Shown: positions 23,565-38,856 of the stretch, piece after piece | How the letters are laid out: every line of letters starts with the position of its first letter | Position numbering within the stretch: position 1 is the first letter of the stretch | From: the human T2T-CHM13v2.0 reference genome, Homo sapiens | DNA length: 64,000 nt | Assembly: GCF_009914755.1 (NCBI RefSeq) | Contig: NC_060925.1 | Strand: one strand, 5' to 3' | Made by a program: the position numbers and the translations under genes | Notes under the pieces: generated by a model | What the model was told of the DNA's origin: nothing | Databases searched by the model: none | The model's input: only the letters and a program-made list of their open reading frames with translations

Positions 23565-23800
23565 AATGTAACATAGTCACTATGAGTTTGGCCTCTGGAG
23601 TTAAGTCCTGACGTGTTAGCTTACTTGCTTTCTGATACTGGGCAGGTTACCTAATCTCTCTGGGCCTCAGTATTCTTGCCTGCAAAATGGGAGTTATACA
23701 GACTTAAAGGTTGTTGGGAAGGACTGAATGAGATTAAACACATAGATAATGCTTAGAACAGTTTCTCACACATACTAAGTATTCAATACTTAGTTACTGT
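23565..23800 (+). mobile_element. MIR
   Basis: ctctggagt...gggcaggttacctaatctctctgggcctcag...aaaatggg...gcttagaacag. Confidence 0.75.
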
Positions 23801-25864
23801 TGTTATTTCAAGGACAATCTGGTGGTAAAACCTTCCTTGTTAGAAGCATTGATGTAGCCAAACACAGGGTCATTAACAACTAGCAATGTATGTAGGGTCC
23901 TTTCACACACTCATGCCTTATGGCAATGTGGAAAGAGGGAGGGAGAAAGGCTTGAAAGCCCTTTTCTGTGATGGCCAGCTGCTTCTCCTCCCTTCATTAT
24001 TATCCATCCACCAGGATTAGCCCTGGTGTCCTCCTGACCTCTTTCTCCCTTGTTTTATTTAGAAGCAAGGTAATAGTCGAGTTAGAGAAACTGAGTCTGG
24101 GAGTCGGGAGAGGATTTGACTCGGGTTGGATATCTAGGCAGTGGCCCGGGTTAAAAAAGCCAAATCTCATGGTATTTTCTTATTCTGAAATTTTATATTA
24201 CTGGATATTGTTTGAAATCAATGGGTTATTAGAATTTGTGTGTGATAGAGATTTGGACTACATGTAATGAGATTTGCTGTAATAGTATTTGACTAGTATT
24301 AGAATTCACAATCCCTGGGTTTCTCGTGTGTCCTTAGATTTTAAGTTATACAGACAGTTTTACCCTCTTGCCTATGTGAGACAAATCTGTGAACCTTCCC
24401 CCATCTGTGTGTGTCACAGTCCCACAGCATGATGGATTGTCTCTGCTTGGGGGAAGCTTAGGACGGGGCTTGAAGGGGCCTTGTAGGTCAGAAGAGAAAT
24501 ACAGCAGCAGGACTGAGATGGGGGGGCTGCCTGGGGAGGGATTAGCAGGGGGAAGGGGAGGGCAGGGTTGGGCGGGGCATAGTGTCTGTGTGCATTCTCC
24601 TAGGAGTAAAAGAGAGCTGTCCATTACCCTGAACGCACAAATAAACTCAGTGTTTTTCTCTTTGTAGAGAAAAAGCCCCATGGGACTTGGGAATACCAGA
24701 GAATGACTCTGCATGTCAGTGGGAGAGGTGGGGAGTAGGAGGATGGGAGTGGGGAAGACTGACCCTGTGCCTGAGGACCTCGGATTTGAGTCTGTTATTT
24801 AAATAGAGTAGCTCATATTTGAAGAGCCTCATGCCCACACATGTTTGTAGCAGAAATAGCTGTTGGCAGCCAATCATCTGATACCTCAGTCTCTATCAAC
24901 TCCTTCATGGCTCCATTTAAAGGAAGGGTTCAGCTCACCTTTGGAAGTAAAGTGTCACTGAAGGTCATGCAGCACCCAATTCTCCTCCCTCTCTGTCCTC
25001 AGCCCTTCCCACATATAGTCACAAAGGTGTGTACTAGGTAGGAAGGGAAATGCTGAATGTTCTTAATTTTTGGTTCTTGAAGGAGAAAGTCTGGGATTTA
25101 GGTCCAAATGCCAAAATCATGGTTCAGAAGGAATTCTAGAAAAGGAGCGGAGTCTGAGAGGTCGCTGGAGTGGTAAGGGCAGTGGCGCATGCTCGGCTGA
25201 GGAATCAGCAGGACTGCAGTTAGGGCCTAGGCTTCAGCTTCCTTCCTGAGCAGTAAAATTAAAAAAAAAAATCCTTAGAACAACAAAAGTCTGGACGCAT
25301 GGGCTTCCTTCCTGACAGGCCAACCTGGTGGGGCTTCATTCAGACTGAGCAGCAGTCAAGGCTGATTTACGGGGAAAAGAACCCAGACATGGGTTTAACC
25401 CTTTCCTAACCACAGAGATGCTTCATTGCAAATGCTGCCTTCTCCTTCTAACTTACCATCATGGTATGGGGAGATTTTTATTGTCATTTCTTCTTTATTT
25501 AAAGTGAGTGCCTGCTGCTGAAGTACCCACTGTCCTCTTCATGAGAAAGCTGAGCCTATGAGAAGTTGAGTGACTTGTAAGAAACTCAAGTCTGTTGCTC
25601 ATGGCCAGAATAGCTCTCAGGCTCTTGAGGACATTATATTGACTCTGTAGTATTGAATCCATCTTTGATCGTGGGAAGTGCCTCCTGGAGTCTGTACTGG
25701 GGTGCTGCTGTGAGCCCCAGTTTTACCTCCATAAGATACTGGTCCCACAGAAGGAATAGTACTGCTTCATCTTAGCTGTTTGTTGGTGGCAGTGGATAAA
25801 ACTGTCGCAGAGTATGTGAGACATGACTCAGTTGCCATATCATTGGTCAAATGTGATGCACTCA

Positions 25865-26250
25865 TTGGTTTAATCATTCAGCTGTATTTACTGCATACCT
25901 ACATTGTTCCAGGCACCATGCGAGGTACTGGGAATAGACTGATGTGCAAGATAGATTATAGCCCCTGCCTTACTGGACTTCAAAGTTTAGTTAGCAATTG
26001 TAGGATGCTGCGAAAAGTGCTGTCATAGGGGAAATATAACATGCCATGAGACTTAGAAGTTGGAGCATCTAATCTTGTCTAAGAGTCAGGGATAGCTTTC
26101 TGGAGCAAGTGACCTTTACGCTGATATCTGAAAATCAAGAAGGAGTTATTTATTCAAAGGAGCTAGGGGTAGCAGTTGGCTTTTTTGGACAAACTGTAGT
26201 ATCTGAGAGTGGAAGAAAGAACTCCAGAATTGCCAAGGATTGCTCACAGT
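25865..26250 (-). mobile_element. L2 fragment
   Basis: tcattcagctgtatttactgcatacctac...ccaggcacc...gctttctggagcaagtgac. Confidence 0.6.
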
Positions 26251-27164
26251 GAAGTGAGAATAGAATTGTTCCCTGGCAGGGCCTGAGACCTGACCTTGGA
26301 TGTCTATAGCACTTCATCCTATAACCAGGCATTCTTGAGAATATCCATTTGGTGCTTATGTGGCTCTGAGGCTCATCATCATCTAGGGTCCTGCTTTTAA
26401 AGTAACTTTCTAAAGATGTGTCACTAGAAAATGCTTTCTGATAACATATGCTATCTTAACCACCAGAGGACCCATGAGCACCCAGAACCATGCTTGGCAC
26501 AGAGTAGATACTCTGGAAATATTTGCTGAATGAAGGAGGGCCATTGCCCTGCTGATGTTTAGTGAGTTAGATTAAGGGTCCTCATCTTTTTACTAAAGTT
26601 CAGGCTTAGCTCTATCCTTTGCCCTACCCGGAAACGTGACAGGTCTCAGGGCCTAGAGTACTCGCTTGGCCGTTAAACTAAGCCACATAGCACCCGGGAT
26701 TCTTGGCAGAGTTTCTTGGCAAAGTTTCCTCTGGGAGGTGCATTGCTCAGGCTTGACTTTCACGAGGGAGGTTAGGCATGTAGTGCCAAGAGTATTGAAG
26801 AAGGAAAAAAAGAAAGCGAAGCAAACCGTTGTTCTAGCCTGGCACACGTCGGCATGCTAAAAACAGTTCCTTCCAGGCGGGGCCTCTGTACTCCACCATC
26901 CCCGCTGTGGTTTTCCTTCCCTGGCCTCTTATCTTCATCATCGCTCTACATCCACGAACATTTCCTGAGCTCCTGTGTGTAGAGCGTTGTGCTCGGTGCT
27001 GTTTGCAAGGGAATCAAAGAAGTAGGAGATGATACTTCCTCTTCTTGACAGCCTTATGGTTAAGGTGAGTAGCTAAACTGTATATATGAAAAAGAAATGA
27101 TAATGTAAAATAACAGACAGTAAGGGCACTAGGATTTCAAGAGAGAGAGAGAGTCATCCCTGAG

Positions 27165-27401
27165 GCTGGCTTTCCCAGAATGTGATCTAAGGACTGCCTG
27201 TTTCAGATCACTTGTGCTGGTGATAGTGGAGGATGGGGACAGGGATGGGGGTGGGGTGAAGAATGTTATTTATAATGCAGATTCCCAGGGCCCACACTAG
27301 ACTTCATCTTCAGAATCACAAGGAATACAGCCTAAAAACTGTGTATTCAGCAAGTAGCCATCCTAGGTGATTCTTGTTTTCCTTAAGGTTTAGGAATCAC
27401 T
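27165..27401. mobile_element. MER5-like hAT-Charlie DNA transposon
   Basis: aatgcagattcccagggcccac...tcagaatc...ggtgattct...aaggtttaggaatcact. Confidence 0.65.
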
Positions 27402-28027
27402 CATCTAGGGTGAAAGTCTCGGGGGAAGGTTTCACCGAGGTGTTTGGCCTTGCAGAAAGGGGAGTGAGGACTAGTGGGGAGGAAAGGAGAGGATGGAAAC
27501 CCACTGAGGAGTCTGGGCAGGCAGGGGAAGGGTGAAGACCCAGCATCTGCTCACAAACAGTACCTTCCTCATCCAGTCTCCTGTCTTGGGGAGGATCTGT
27601 CCACCTGTCCCGGCTCCCCCTCTGCCACTGCTCCTCCTCGGATTGCCTCCCTCTGCCTGTCTTATTGCTGATCAAGTGACTGTATGTGCCCAGACCTCCC
27701 CTTCTTGGTGCAATATTATTATGATGAGGTGGCCCAGCGGAGGGTCTGGAGGTGCTTGGCCAGATGTGAGGGAGGCCGGTGTGCGCTGCGGTGCCCCTTG
27801 GGCTCCAGCCCGCTTATCTTCTCACTGCTGTTGCTCTGCCGAGAAGGGGCTGGAGAGGGTTTGGTGTGTATGCTTTGCCAGCCTCCTCTGTCCTCTTCCG
27901 CAACCCTTGAGCTTTCATTCAAATGCTCATTTGTAAAGAAATAAAAGTTGGAGGGTTAGAGGAATCTGTCAGTGTCAGAATTAGTCACCAACACCTGCAG
28001 ATTGGCTTTCTGCTTTAAGCTTTAACC

Positions 28028-28041
28028 CTTCCAGGGGGCAG
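28028..28041 (+). promoter_or_regulatory. CTCF-like motif
   Basis: cttccagggggcag, 12/14 match to CCACCAGGGGGCAG; motif only. Confidence 0.3.
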
Positions 28042-28499
28042 CTGCCACCGGGTAGAAGGTTCAGTGAGCCGTGACTAGGGGCTTGCTCTGAGAGGTTCAG
28101 GGGGTTTTGGGTACCTGCACAGTAGGGGATGCTCTCGTCAACTTTGCTTATGGAGTTGGGGATGGTATTTTTCCCCCAACATAATTCCCCCTTTAAAAAC
28201 ACTCATCACATTAAATTGTAATTATTTGCTTAATTGTGCCTCTCCCATGGGCCCATGTCTGTCTCCCTATGTGACTCCATCTAGCGTGTCCCCTCACGTA
28301 GTGCCTAGCTTGGTAAATACTTGTTAAAGTAAATGAACCCAGGATCACTGTTTCTTCTGCTGAGTTTGCAGAGTTGCCAGCTGGCTCTACTCACTTGGAC
28401 ATAGTCTGAAGGGCCACACAGGATCCACCACAACACTGGGCACCTCCTGGCATGTTTACAAGTGGGAGGTGGTGACTAGAAATAGAGGAACGGTTCAGC

Positions 28500-28700
28500 A
28501 ATAGGGCAACAGCACAGTCAGAAGCTCTGGGCCTGTCATTTACTAGCCGTGTGATGCTGGGTAAGTCTCTGTTTCTCTGAGCCCCAGCTCCTCATATATA
28601 AAATGGGAGATGGTAGATAATCCCTGCCCTACCCTACAGGGTTGCTGAGTAAATAGATAATCCAGATGTGTTTTGTAATCTAAAAGTAACCGTATAAATG
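28500..28700 (+). mobile_element. MIR
   Basis: tttactagccgtgtgatgctgggtaag...ctcatatataaaatggg...cagggttgctgag. Confidence 0.7.
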
Positions 28701-29314
28701 CCATACCCTCACATACACATAGGTACATGCAAGATGTCTATCTACGTCTGTCTCAAGAGCAAAATGGTCTTTGGGGGCTAAAATAGTTTATGAAATGCCT
28801 GAGTGTTCAACCTAGAGGGAGCCCTCTGACATGCCATTCCCTCCTTGAAGCTGAGCTACAGAAGACAGTCTGTGTTCCCTGAGACCGACCGCAGCACTAT
28901 TTTTCTAGGTGTTTTGGGGCAAAAGTTACCCAACTCTTGTAGACTTTTTGTGAATGTAAGTTGGCAGGCTGTTTTCTATACAGACATCTCAGCTGAAATT
29001 TTATTGGCTAAATCCCCACTGAAAGAAGTTTACCCTTTGCCTTTCTTCTCAGCAAAGCTCGGAGCATCTTTATTTTTCTGTTTCCAGGGCCAGTGACTCT
29101 ATTCCTATTTTGTGGAGGGAGATGTTTTGGCTCAGAGGCACAGTGCTTTGGCCTGAGGAATGATAGGCAGAATCAAGTCGAAGAGGGCTTTCTGCCCTAG
29201 AGATCTTTCCTAGGCTGCAAGAATAGCCATGCTTTATTGGCCAGTATGACAAGATGAAGAGGTCCCTGTCAGATTTGGAAGGGCCTGCCCCTTAGGCAAG
29301 ATCTTTAGAAGTTA

Positions 29315-29776
<462 letters not shown>

Positions 29777-29939
29777 TTATTCCTCCAAGTTCCCAGGGGT
29801 CCTGTTCTCCTCCCATTTAGTCCCAGAGACTTCCTATCCACCTTAAACTAACCAAGCCAGATGCATTTAAATTCAGTCTTTTTATTGCAAGTGAAATGAC
29901 TGCAAGCAAAGAGAAGAACATAGTATCACTCCTAATAAT

Positions 29940-30155
29940 AATAGCTGACACTTCAAGCACTTTCTATATGTCAGGCACTATTCTGAGTGCTTTACAGGTA
30001 ATAATTGATTTAATCCTCATAAAATCCCTACGAGATAGGTGTTATCTCCATTGTACAGATGAAGAAACTGATGCACAGTGTTTAAGCAATATGCCCATTG
30101 TCACACAAGCAGGTGTGAGAGAAGAGGTTCAGATCCAGGCAGTCTGACTCCAGAG
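29940..30155 (-). mobile_element. MIR
   Basis: tttaatcctcat...acagatgaagaaactga...ccaggcagtctgactccagag. Confidence 0.8.
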
Positions 30156-30569
30156 TCAATGAGAAGGAAGGACACTCCAGGAGAGGGAGACCTATGGGTC
30201 AGATTCACGAGGTAACAAGAATAATACTTGTATTTGTTCACTGTGTGCCAGACACTGTTCTGAGCACTTCATATATGTATGTCAGGCTGTCTCCATACTC
30301 GAAAAATTGATAGGAGCCTTTTGCAGTGTGGCAGCCCTTAGGCACAATTTATTTTGGCCCACTCACAAGCCCTTTTCACCCTCCCTGCACTGTGAGTTCC
30401 TTGAGATGGGAACTGTGTCTTATTCTAAGATCTCTGTTCCTAGTACCCAGTGCGTTGCCTGGAACTTACTAGTTATGATCTAAGAAAAAAAGTTTGTCAA
30501 ACATACCCTTTGGTGGGATGGGAGAAGATGATTTAGTATCTGCTAACGCCCAATGTGCTTTACAGACAT

Positions 30570-30775
30570 AGTAGTTTAAGAAGAGCTAAATCTGTGAGAC
30601 GAGACAGATGCACCTACTCTTTCTGTGCCTCCATTTCCTCAGGATAAAGTGGGATGAACACTAGTATCAATCTCTTAGTGGTGTTATAAGGATTAAATGA
30701 GTTAATAGAAAATACAAATAAAGTCCTAGGAACAGTGCCTCGCACAAAGTATGCCTTCAATAAATGTTAGCTATA
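30570..30775 (+). mobile_element. MIR
   Basis: ctgtgcctccatttcctca...aggattaaatgagttaata...caataaatgttagcta. Confidence 0.75.
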
Positions 30776-32719
30776 ATTAATATGATAAGGGGTTGGGCAC
30801 AGATTTGAGGTCTCTTAAACCAGGCTCCTCCAACTCTTACCTCTACTCCTAATTGCATTATGGGGACAGTGACTCCAGCAAGCCCTGAACTCTTATAAGT
30901 CTGTGCAGTTTATGACAAGTCTTCCTACGACTGAAAAATCTTCCAATTGATATTCAGGAGTTGGTACCTATAATGTTGTTTTTCCTTCTTGGCTTCAGTT
31001 ATATGGGGGCTGGAGCAGGGATGAGTTTAGCACCCACCCAATGACCACCTTTTTAAAATACCCGAAAAGGCACAGAGTGGAAATGACTAGAATTCTACAC
31101 TAAACTCCTACCCGAGGAAGGACAGTAAGCCAGAAGGAATTTTTTCTGGGTTTAGTAAAGGGCTTGACGAATCCTGTTCTATGCCTCTGCCTGGTCAGCC
31201 AACTCAGATAGCAAGTCTGTGGACCATTTACTGTTCACCAGCTATTTTGAGGAGAGGATGAGGAGGTGACAGAATGCCTAGAATCACTGGGAAATTTGAA
31301 CTGGGAAGGAACCATTGCAGGCTGCTTTATTTTTCCAATTTTCTAATAACTTACATAATGCTTAAGACTGTGTTTTCCCCTTTAAGGGGAAAAAATTGCT
31401 TTTGCTCTATTTAGAGCTCATCACATTTGTACATTCTACAAATACTCTTCTCCTAAATCTCAACTTGATGACTTCCAAGCGCCGTTCTCACAGCTGGCTG
31501 CTTTCGCTCCCACTCCACTATCCCACCCCGCCCCATCATCTTTAGTTAACGATGGATGCTCACAAACCCCCAAACTGGCCTCCCTCTTTCCGACTTCGCA
31601 TCCTTGTGTTCTTTCTAAGTAGCTCGGCCATAATATCACTTTTCTTTAGCAGCATTCTAACTTCTAAGAGGCTTAATAGGCAAGGAGATTGTGGGGTCTT
31701 TGACTTCCTCTGCGTCTTAGCCCTAAGTGGTTTATTCTATTAAGCTGATTCTTGGTGGTGGATAGAGCTTTGCTGGATAAGAAGTTGGGGTCGGGGAAAG
31801 TTGCAGTTGGAGGAATTGGATACTTTCACTCCCCCTTCCACTGTGCCCCACCCTCCAACCCACTCCTGCCCCATTCTGTTTTTAGAGCTTTTGAATGAAG
31901 GAAGTGGTGATGAAATTAAGTAAAGAACTCTTCTTAGAGGACTTAAGAGGTTGACATTTTCCCCAAAACTGTCTTTTGCCTCCTCACCTCTTCCCTCCCT
32001 GCACTTTCATTCCTACTCTTCAGTCTGCCACTTGTGGATTTTTTTTTTCTTTCCTTCCACCTCTACTTTTGCCTCCACTCCAACACTAGCTTAAAAAAAA
32101 AGCTGGGGGGAGTAATGAATAACAATTTTGAGCAATTGTTTTAAAGAGAGGAATCCTATCCAGGTGTGGAATGTAGAAAAAAAATAACAGATAAGATTTT
32201 AACAAAAGAAACAATGCAAATTCTTCCAGATGTTTTCTCCTAGCATTACACCAAGTTAAATATATTCCTTCTAATATTCTGACCCAGATGAAGGATTTTC
32301 AGGTGTCCCTATTAACATTCTCTCTTGGTTCAGGAGGGCCAGCAGGCTGGGAGAGCAGAGGAAGTGTCTCTTCTTTATTTAATCATGCTGAGCTGCAGAG
32401 GAAATCGTAAGGGACATTTGTGAGCACGAAGAATGATATTAGAGAAGTGAGAAGGGGAGTCAAGAGTGTAAGTGTAGAAAAAGAAAAGTACAGGACAACC
32501 TTCACAGGGAAGGTGGGAAGAAAACCAAAAGTAGCCAGAGAGCTGAAAAGAAGGAGGGAAAACTTGAAGATGGAGGTGGGAAGATGGCAAATGTGAAGCA
32601 TTTCAAGGAATTGTTAGTAATTTGTTTGATGGCCTACAGTTGTTGATGAAGGAGTGGGGAAACAGGGTGGGGATGTGTGGTTGGTAGGCCTATAAGGCAG
32701 CAGCAGAGTCTCTTTGGAG

Positions 32720-33455
32720 GGCCTTTCAGCAATGTCTGTCTATGAAAAATTTAAATACAAATATCCTTTGATGGGATTCAACTTAAGAATTTATCCTGCA
32801 TATATTGGGTTAAGTACTTAAAGATGTATGTTCTTTATAATGTTGTTTGTAATGTGAAAAACAAACAATCTAAATGTACATTGATAAGAAATTGGTAAAA
32901 TAAATAATGATATATCTATGTTATAGAATACTACATAGTGGTTAAAAAAATGAGTTAGAGCCGTAAGTGCTTATATGTAAAACAAGATACAGAGAGAAAA
33001 AAAAAAAAACCTCATAGAAAAAAAGATACATTCATGTCTATCTTTATATATGCATATAAAATGTCAGAGAGATACATATGAAACTGTTAATGCTAGTTTC
33101 CCCTGGGAAGTATGACTAGGTAGGAAGAAGCGAGTAAGACTTTTTCTTGTATGCTCTTCTGTGGTATTTGAATAGTTAACATGTGATGTATTATTTCTAT
33201 AATTAAAAAATTTAGTTTATGATTTTAAAAAGTTAATTTGGAGATGCTGGAACAGGAAAAGGATATTAGGAAAAAACTAAGGAAATCTAAATATAGTTAA
33301 TAATGTATCAATATTGGTTCATTAGTTTTGATAAATCTACCATATTACTAATATATTAATAATAGTGACAACTGGATGAAGAGTATATGGAAACCCTCTT
33401 CTACTATCTTTGCAATTTTTCCATAAATCTAAAAACTATTCCAAAATAAAAGTTT
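32720..33455 (+). mobile_element. Old L1 3' fragments (L1ME-like, then an L1MC/MD-like 3' end)
   Basis: aaacaatctaaatgt...atagaatactacatag; tactatctttgcaatttttccataaatctaaaa...aaaataaaagttta. Confidence 0.65.
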
Positions 33456-33461
33456 ATTTTT

Positions 33462-33766
33462 ATTTATTTTTATTTTTTATTTTCTGAGGCAGAGTCTTGC
33501 TCTGTCTCCCAGGCTGGGGTGCAGTGGCATGATCTCGGCTCACTGCAACCTCCGCCTCCTGGGTTCAAGCAGTTCTCTGCCTCAGCCTCCTGAGTAGCTG
33601 GGATTATAGGCGCCTGCCACCACACCTGGCTAATTTTTTTGTATTTTTAGTAGAGACAGGGTTTCACCATCTTGGCCAGGCTGGTCTTGAACTCCTGATG
33701 TCGTGATCCGCCCACCTTGGCCTCCCAAAGTGCTGGGATTACAGGCGTGAGCCACCACGCCCAGCC
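33462..33766 (-). mobile_element. AluS
   Basis: Reverse Alu; TSD aaaagtttattttta. Confidence 0.95.
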
Positions 33767-34135
33767 ACCAAAAGTTTATTTTTAAAAGATGATTCAGAAG
33801 ACTGTATTATGGGACAGGCTTATAACCTAGCATTTATGATTGAATCTTGGAGAGATGAATTGATAAAACTGAATGATTCCTCTGGTTCTGTAATTACTAC
33901 TTGGTTCTATTTCTTCCAAATGGTCAAGTGGATGGGATTACAGTCACAATTGCTGGGAAAGTGTCTGATTTGTGTGTGTGCGTTGACAAAATTAGTTTTC
34001 TTTTCTGAATTTGTTTTTTCTTCTGAGTTAGTTTGTAAAAAAGGTTAACTGATGGTTATTTCAGTTTTACCGTCCAAAAAGCACAGACTGGTCTAGGAGC
34101 TATATAGTGAAGGTAGTTTAAAAATGAAATAAGAC

Positions 34136-34442
34136 GGCCGGGCGAGGTGGCTCATGCCTGTAATCCCAGCAGTTTGGGAGGCCGAGGTGGGTGGATCACA
34201 AGGTCAGGAGTTCCCAGCCTAACCAAGATGGTGAAACCCTGTCTCTTCTAAAAATACAAAAAGGTAGCCAGGTGTAGTGGCCTGCGCCTGTAATCCAAGC
34301 TACTCGGGAGGCTGAGGCAGAGAATTGCTTAAACTTGGGAGGCAGAGAGATTGCAGTGAGCCGAGATCATGCCACTGCACTCCAGCCTGGGCGACAGAGC
34401 AAGACTTCATCGACTTCATCTCAAAAAAAAAAAAAAAAAAAA
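34136..34442 (+). mobile_element. AluS
   Basis: Dimeric Alu with a long A tail. Confidence 0.95.
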
Positions 34443-35157
34443 GAAGTGGTCAAATGCTTGCTGCTTTCTTCAAGTGAGCAAGATGGGGTAAACAGCAGAT
34501 GTGAGTGCTAAATGGAATTCCATTTAACCAGCTCTGTTTGTGGCTATATCTATGAAACTTTTTCTCCACTTAAGTTGGCGCTAGAGCCACATAGGAGTGG
34601 GCAAGAAGACTACATCCCTGGCCATCTTCTGAGTGGAGTCTCTTCCCTCCTCATGCACCAGCAGGCCTGGTGGTGGCCATCGGCTCTGTTTGTTGCAGGA
34701 TCAGAGTCTGGAGAGCACAGAGCCATTGGCTCAATATGATATGTGCTCATTGATCCTGCTGCTGATAGTAAGGCATGGCTAAGGCCAAATATAAGGCATT
34801 TTCCCTTTGAATTAATTCACATCTCAGCCAGAGGAAGGCACCTGGGTTTTACCTTCTCATGTAGTAGAAAGGGAGATCTCTGGGTCCTGCTCCCAGTTGG
34901 CCCTGGCACCCAGCTTGAAAAGAGGGATCCTCTGTAATATTGGCTGCAACCAACTACTTCATCCTTCTTGGAATTCCCCTTACCGTGGCTTCTGCGACAT
35001 TATACTCCTATTGTTCTTCCACTTCTTCAACCATGTTTTTGCTGTCATAATACCCTGTGTTTCCCCATGTTAAAGCACTTTGAATTTTTTTTTTATTGTG
35101 ATAAAGTATGCATTGGGGAGGGGAACAGGATCCTGCTACTCTGTAGAGGCATTTTAA

Positions 35158-35491
<334 letters not shown>

Positions 35492-35499
35492 TGTTTGTC

Positions 35500-35657
35500 T
35501 GTTTAGAAGCAGGGTCTTGCTATGTTGCCCAGGCTGGAGTGCAGTGGCTATTCACAGGTGTGATTATAGTACACTACAACCTCAAACCCCTGGGCTCAAG
35601 TGATCTTCGTGCATTAGCCTCCCCAGTAGCTGGAACGACAGGTGTGCACCACCACAA
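35500..35657 (-). mobile_element. FAM (fossil Alu monomer)
   Basis: Retains the 7SL-derived cctgtgaatagccactgcactccagcc on the minus strand. Confidence 0.8.
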
Positions 35658-35817
35658 AACGCTCTGGTCTGCTTTTTAATATCATCATGTGCTGGCAATT
35701 TTAAACAATGTCACTTGGAAAATATTTCTCCCCACAGAAATATTTTGTTGGTATAAGTTTGAAAAAAATGCTGTGGTTACTCTTGAGTTTTGGTATGTAT
35801 GTAAGTTTCAAATTGGC

Positions 35818-36155
<338 letters not shown>

Positions 36156-36610
36156 TAGCATTTTTAAATTATTTGTCCTTTAATGAACATTGTCATCTAT
36201 AAGGGAGAATTTGGAGAACTTCCAGTTGTACTGTGGGCCCCTGACATCGGCAAATTCAGCTTGATTTGGGTAAAAGTACGTAACAGTTCAGAATCAGTTG
36301 AGCTTCCACAGGAAACAGTTTGTGTCTCCAACTCCGGTGACACAGCATATTCCTTCCTGCATTCATGCAGTATATTCAAAATAAACAATGACAGCACATG
36401 AACTGTAAAGATGAAGACATGAAAATTGGAGTTTTTTCCAATTCTGCAGTTCTTTGTGACCACTTGGAGTTCTTATATGTGTTTAAGTTTTAAAACAGTG
36501 AAATAAACTGTGAACTGCAGGGTGTAATATTTTTGTTTGGTAAGTGCAAATTTTAGTTTGCCCAGTAAATAGTTTACTAAATTTGAACATCTTTAAAAAT
36601 AAAACATAAT

Positions 36611-36901
36611 GGCCAGGTGTGGTGGCTCATGCCTGTAATCCCACCACTTTGGGAGGCTGAGGCCTCCTGAGGCCAGGAGTTCAAGATCAACCTGGCCAGC
36701 ATGGTGAAACCCCATCTCTACTAAAAATACAAACATTAGCTGGTGCAGTGGTGCATGTCTGTAGTCCCAGCTACTCTGGAGGCTGAGGCAGAAGTATTGC
36801 TTGAGCCTGGGAGGCAGAGATTGCAGTGAGCCGAGGTTGTGCCACTATTCTCCAGCCTGGGTGACAGAGCGAGACTCTGTCTTAAAAAATAAAATAAAAT
36901 A
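36611..36901 (+). mobile_element. AluS with a small left-arm deletion
   Basis: TSD aaataaaacata. Confidence 0.93.
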
Positions 36902-37348
36902 AAATAAAACATATTTTTAAAATCATTAACTGCTTATATTAAAATTAAAGAATCAAGAAAAGTATTATGACTGATTATTACATGATTAGTTATTTGTCAT
37001 TTAAAAAATGACCTGCTGTGTCAAATATGTTCCTTGGAACATATTTGAATTGGAATGCCCTTGGAATGATGTTTGAATTGAAATATGAAATGATGAGCCA
37101 GGCACAACTATGTAAGGGTTTGGGAATAGGGGGTCCTGGAATGTTTGAGGAGGAGAGAGAAGGCCTGAGGGCTGGGACAGAATGAATTTGGGAGAATATG
37201 GTAGGAGATGAGATGGAGAGGAGCCAGACCTCTGTAAATCTTTTAGGCCACGGAGAGTTGGATTTTATTTTGGGTTCATCAGGAAGCCACAGAGTGTTTT
37301 AAACATAAATCACCATGTTGTGATTTATCACTTCAAAAGATTACTTTG

Positions 37349-37647
<299 letters not shown>

Positions 37648-37735
37648 AAAAGATTACTTTGGCTGTTGCGTGACTAACAGATTGATGTAGGGAAAGTGTT
37701 AGTAACAGAAGACTTGTGAAAAGGCCATTGCACAG

Positions 37736-37963
37736 TAGTTTGAAACCACCTGGGCAACATAGCAACACTCCATTTCTAAAAAAAAAAAAAAATTAAAAAT
37801 TAGCCGGATGTGGTAGCACACACCTATAGTCCCAGCTACTCAGGAGGCTGAGTGGGGAGGATCGCTTGAGCCTAGTAGTTCAAGGCTGCAATGAGCTATG
37901 ATTGCACCATTGCACACTAGCTTGGGCAACACAGCAAGATCCTGTCTCTTAAAAAAAAAAAAA
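37736..37963 (+). mobile_element. 5'-truncated AluJ
   Basis: gggcaacatagc...gaggatcgcttgagcc...gagctatgattg. Confidence 0.88.
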
Positions 37964-38109
37964 AGACGAGGAAGGAATAATGTCTTAAAGTTTTTGAAAT
38001 ATCCACAGTACTTTTCCCATAGTAGGTACTCAATAAATGCCAAATAAATAAATTTATAAAACGTGAAGTGCCTAAAAAAACACCAAAAAATCTGCAACGG
38101 AGTGCGACA

Positions 38110-38370
38110 TGCTGAGCAACATGGTGCTAGTCCAAGAACATTGACTTTGGAGAGCAACAAATTGGGCTTTAATTGCATTTCTGATACTTCTTAGCTATGT
38201 TGCTTTGGGGCAAGTAATTTAAACTCCCAGAGCTTGGGGCTTCCATGTCTGCACAATGGGAATAAGATGACTCACTGTTTTGTTTTAATGAACAAATTAA
38301 ATGAGATAATGTATTTATAACATGGTGCCTGATTTATGGTAAGCCACTCAATAAATAGTGACTATTATAG
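38110..38370 (+). mobile_element. MIR
   Basis: gactttggag...gggcaagtaatttaaactc...aattaaatgagataatg...ctcaataaatag. Confidence 0.7.
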
Positions 38371-38517
38371 TTAGCAGGACATGAGGATACCTTGAGACTG
38401 TGGTCAGTGAAACTTCAGTGTGATTACAGCCATGGGGAACAAGGCACCAGCGTTCCTTGGGATAAAGAGGAACACTTGGGACCTTTTCACAGTTGAAACT
38501 CTGTCTCCTGAATCTAA

Positions 38518-38856
<339 letters not shown>

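Noticed and set aside
34403-34420. 9-bp tandem duplication GACTTCATC in an Alu (also 11-bp duplications near 60033 and 63485)
   Set aside because: Ordinary slippage indels with no functional implication
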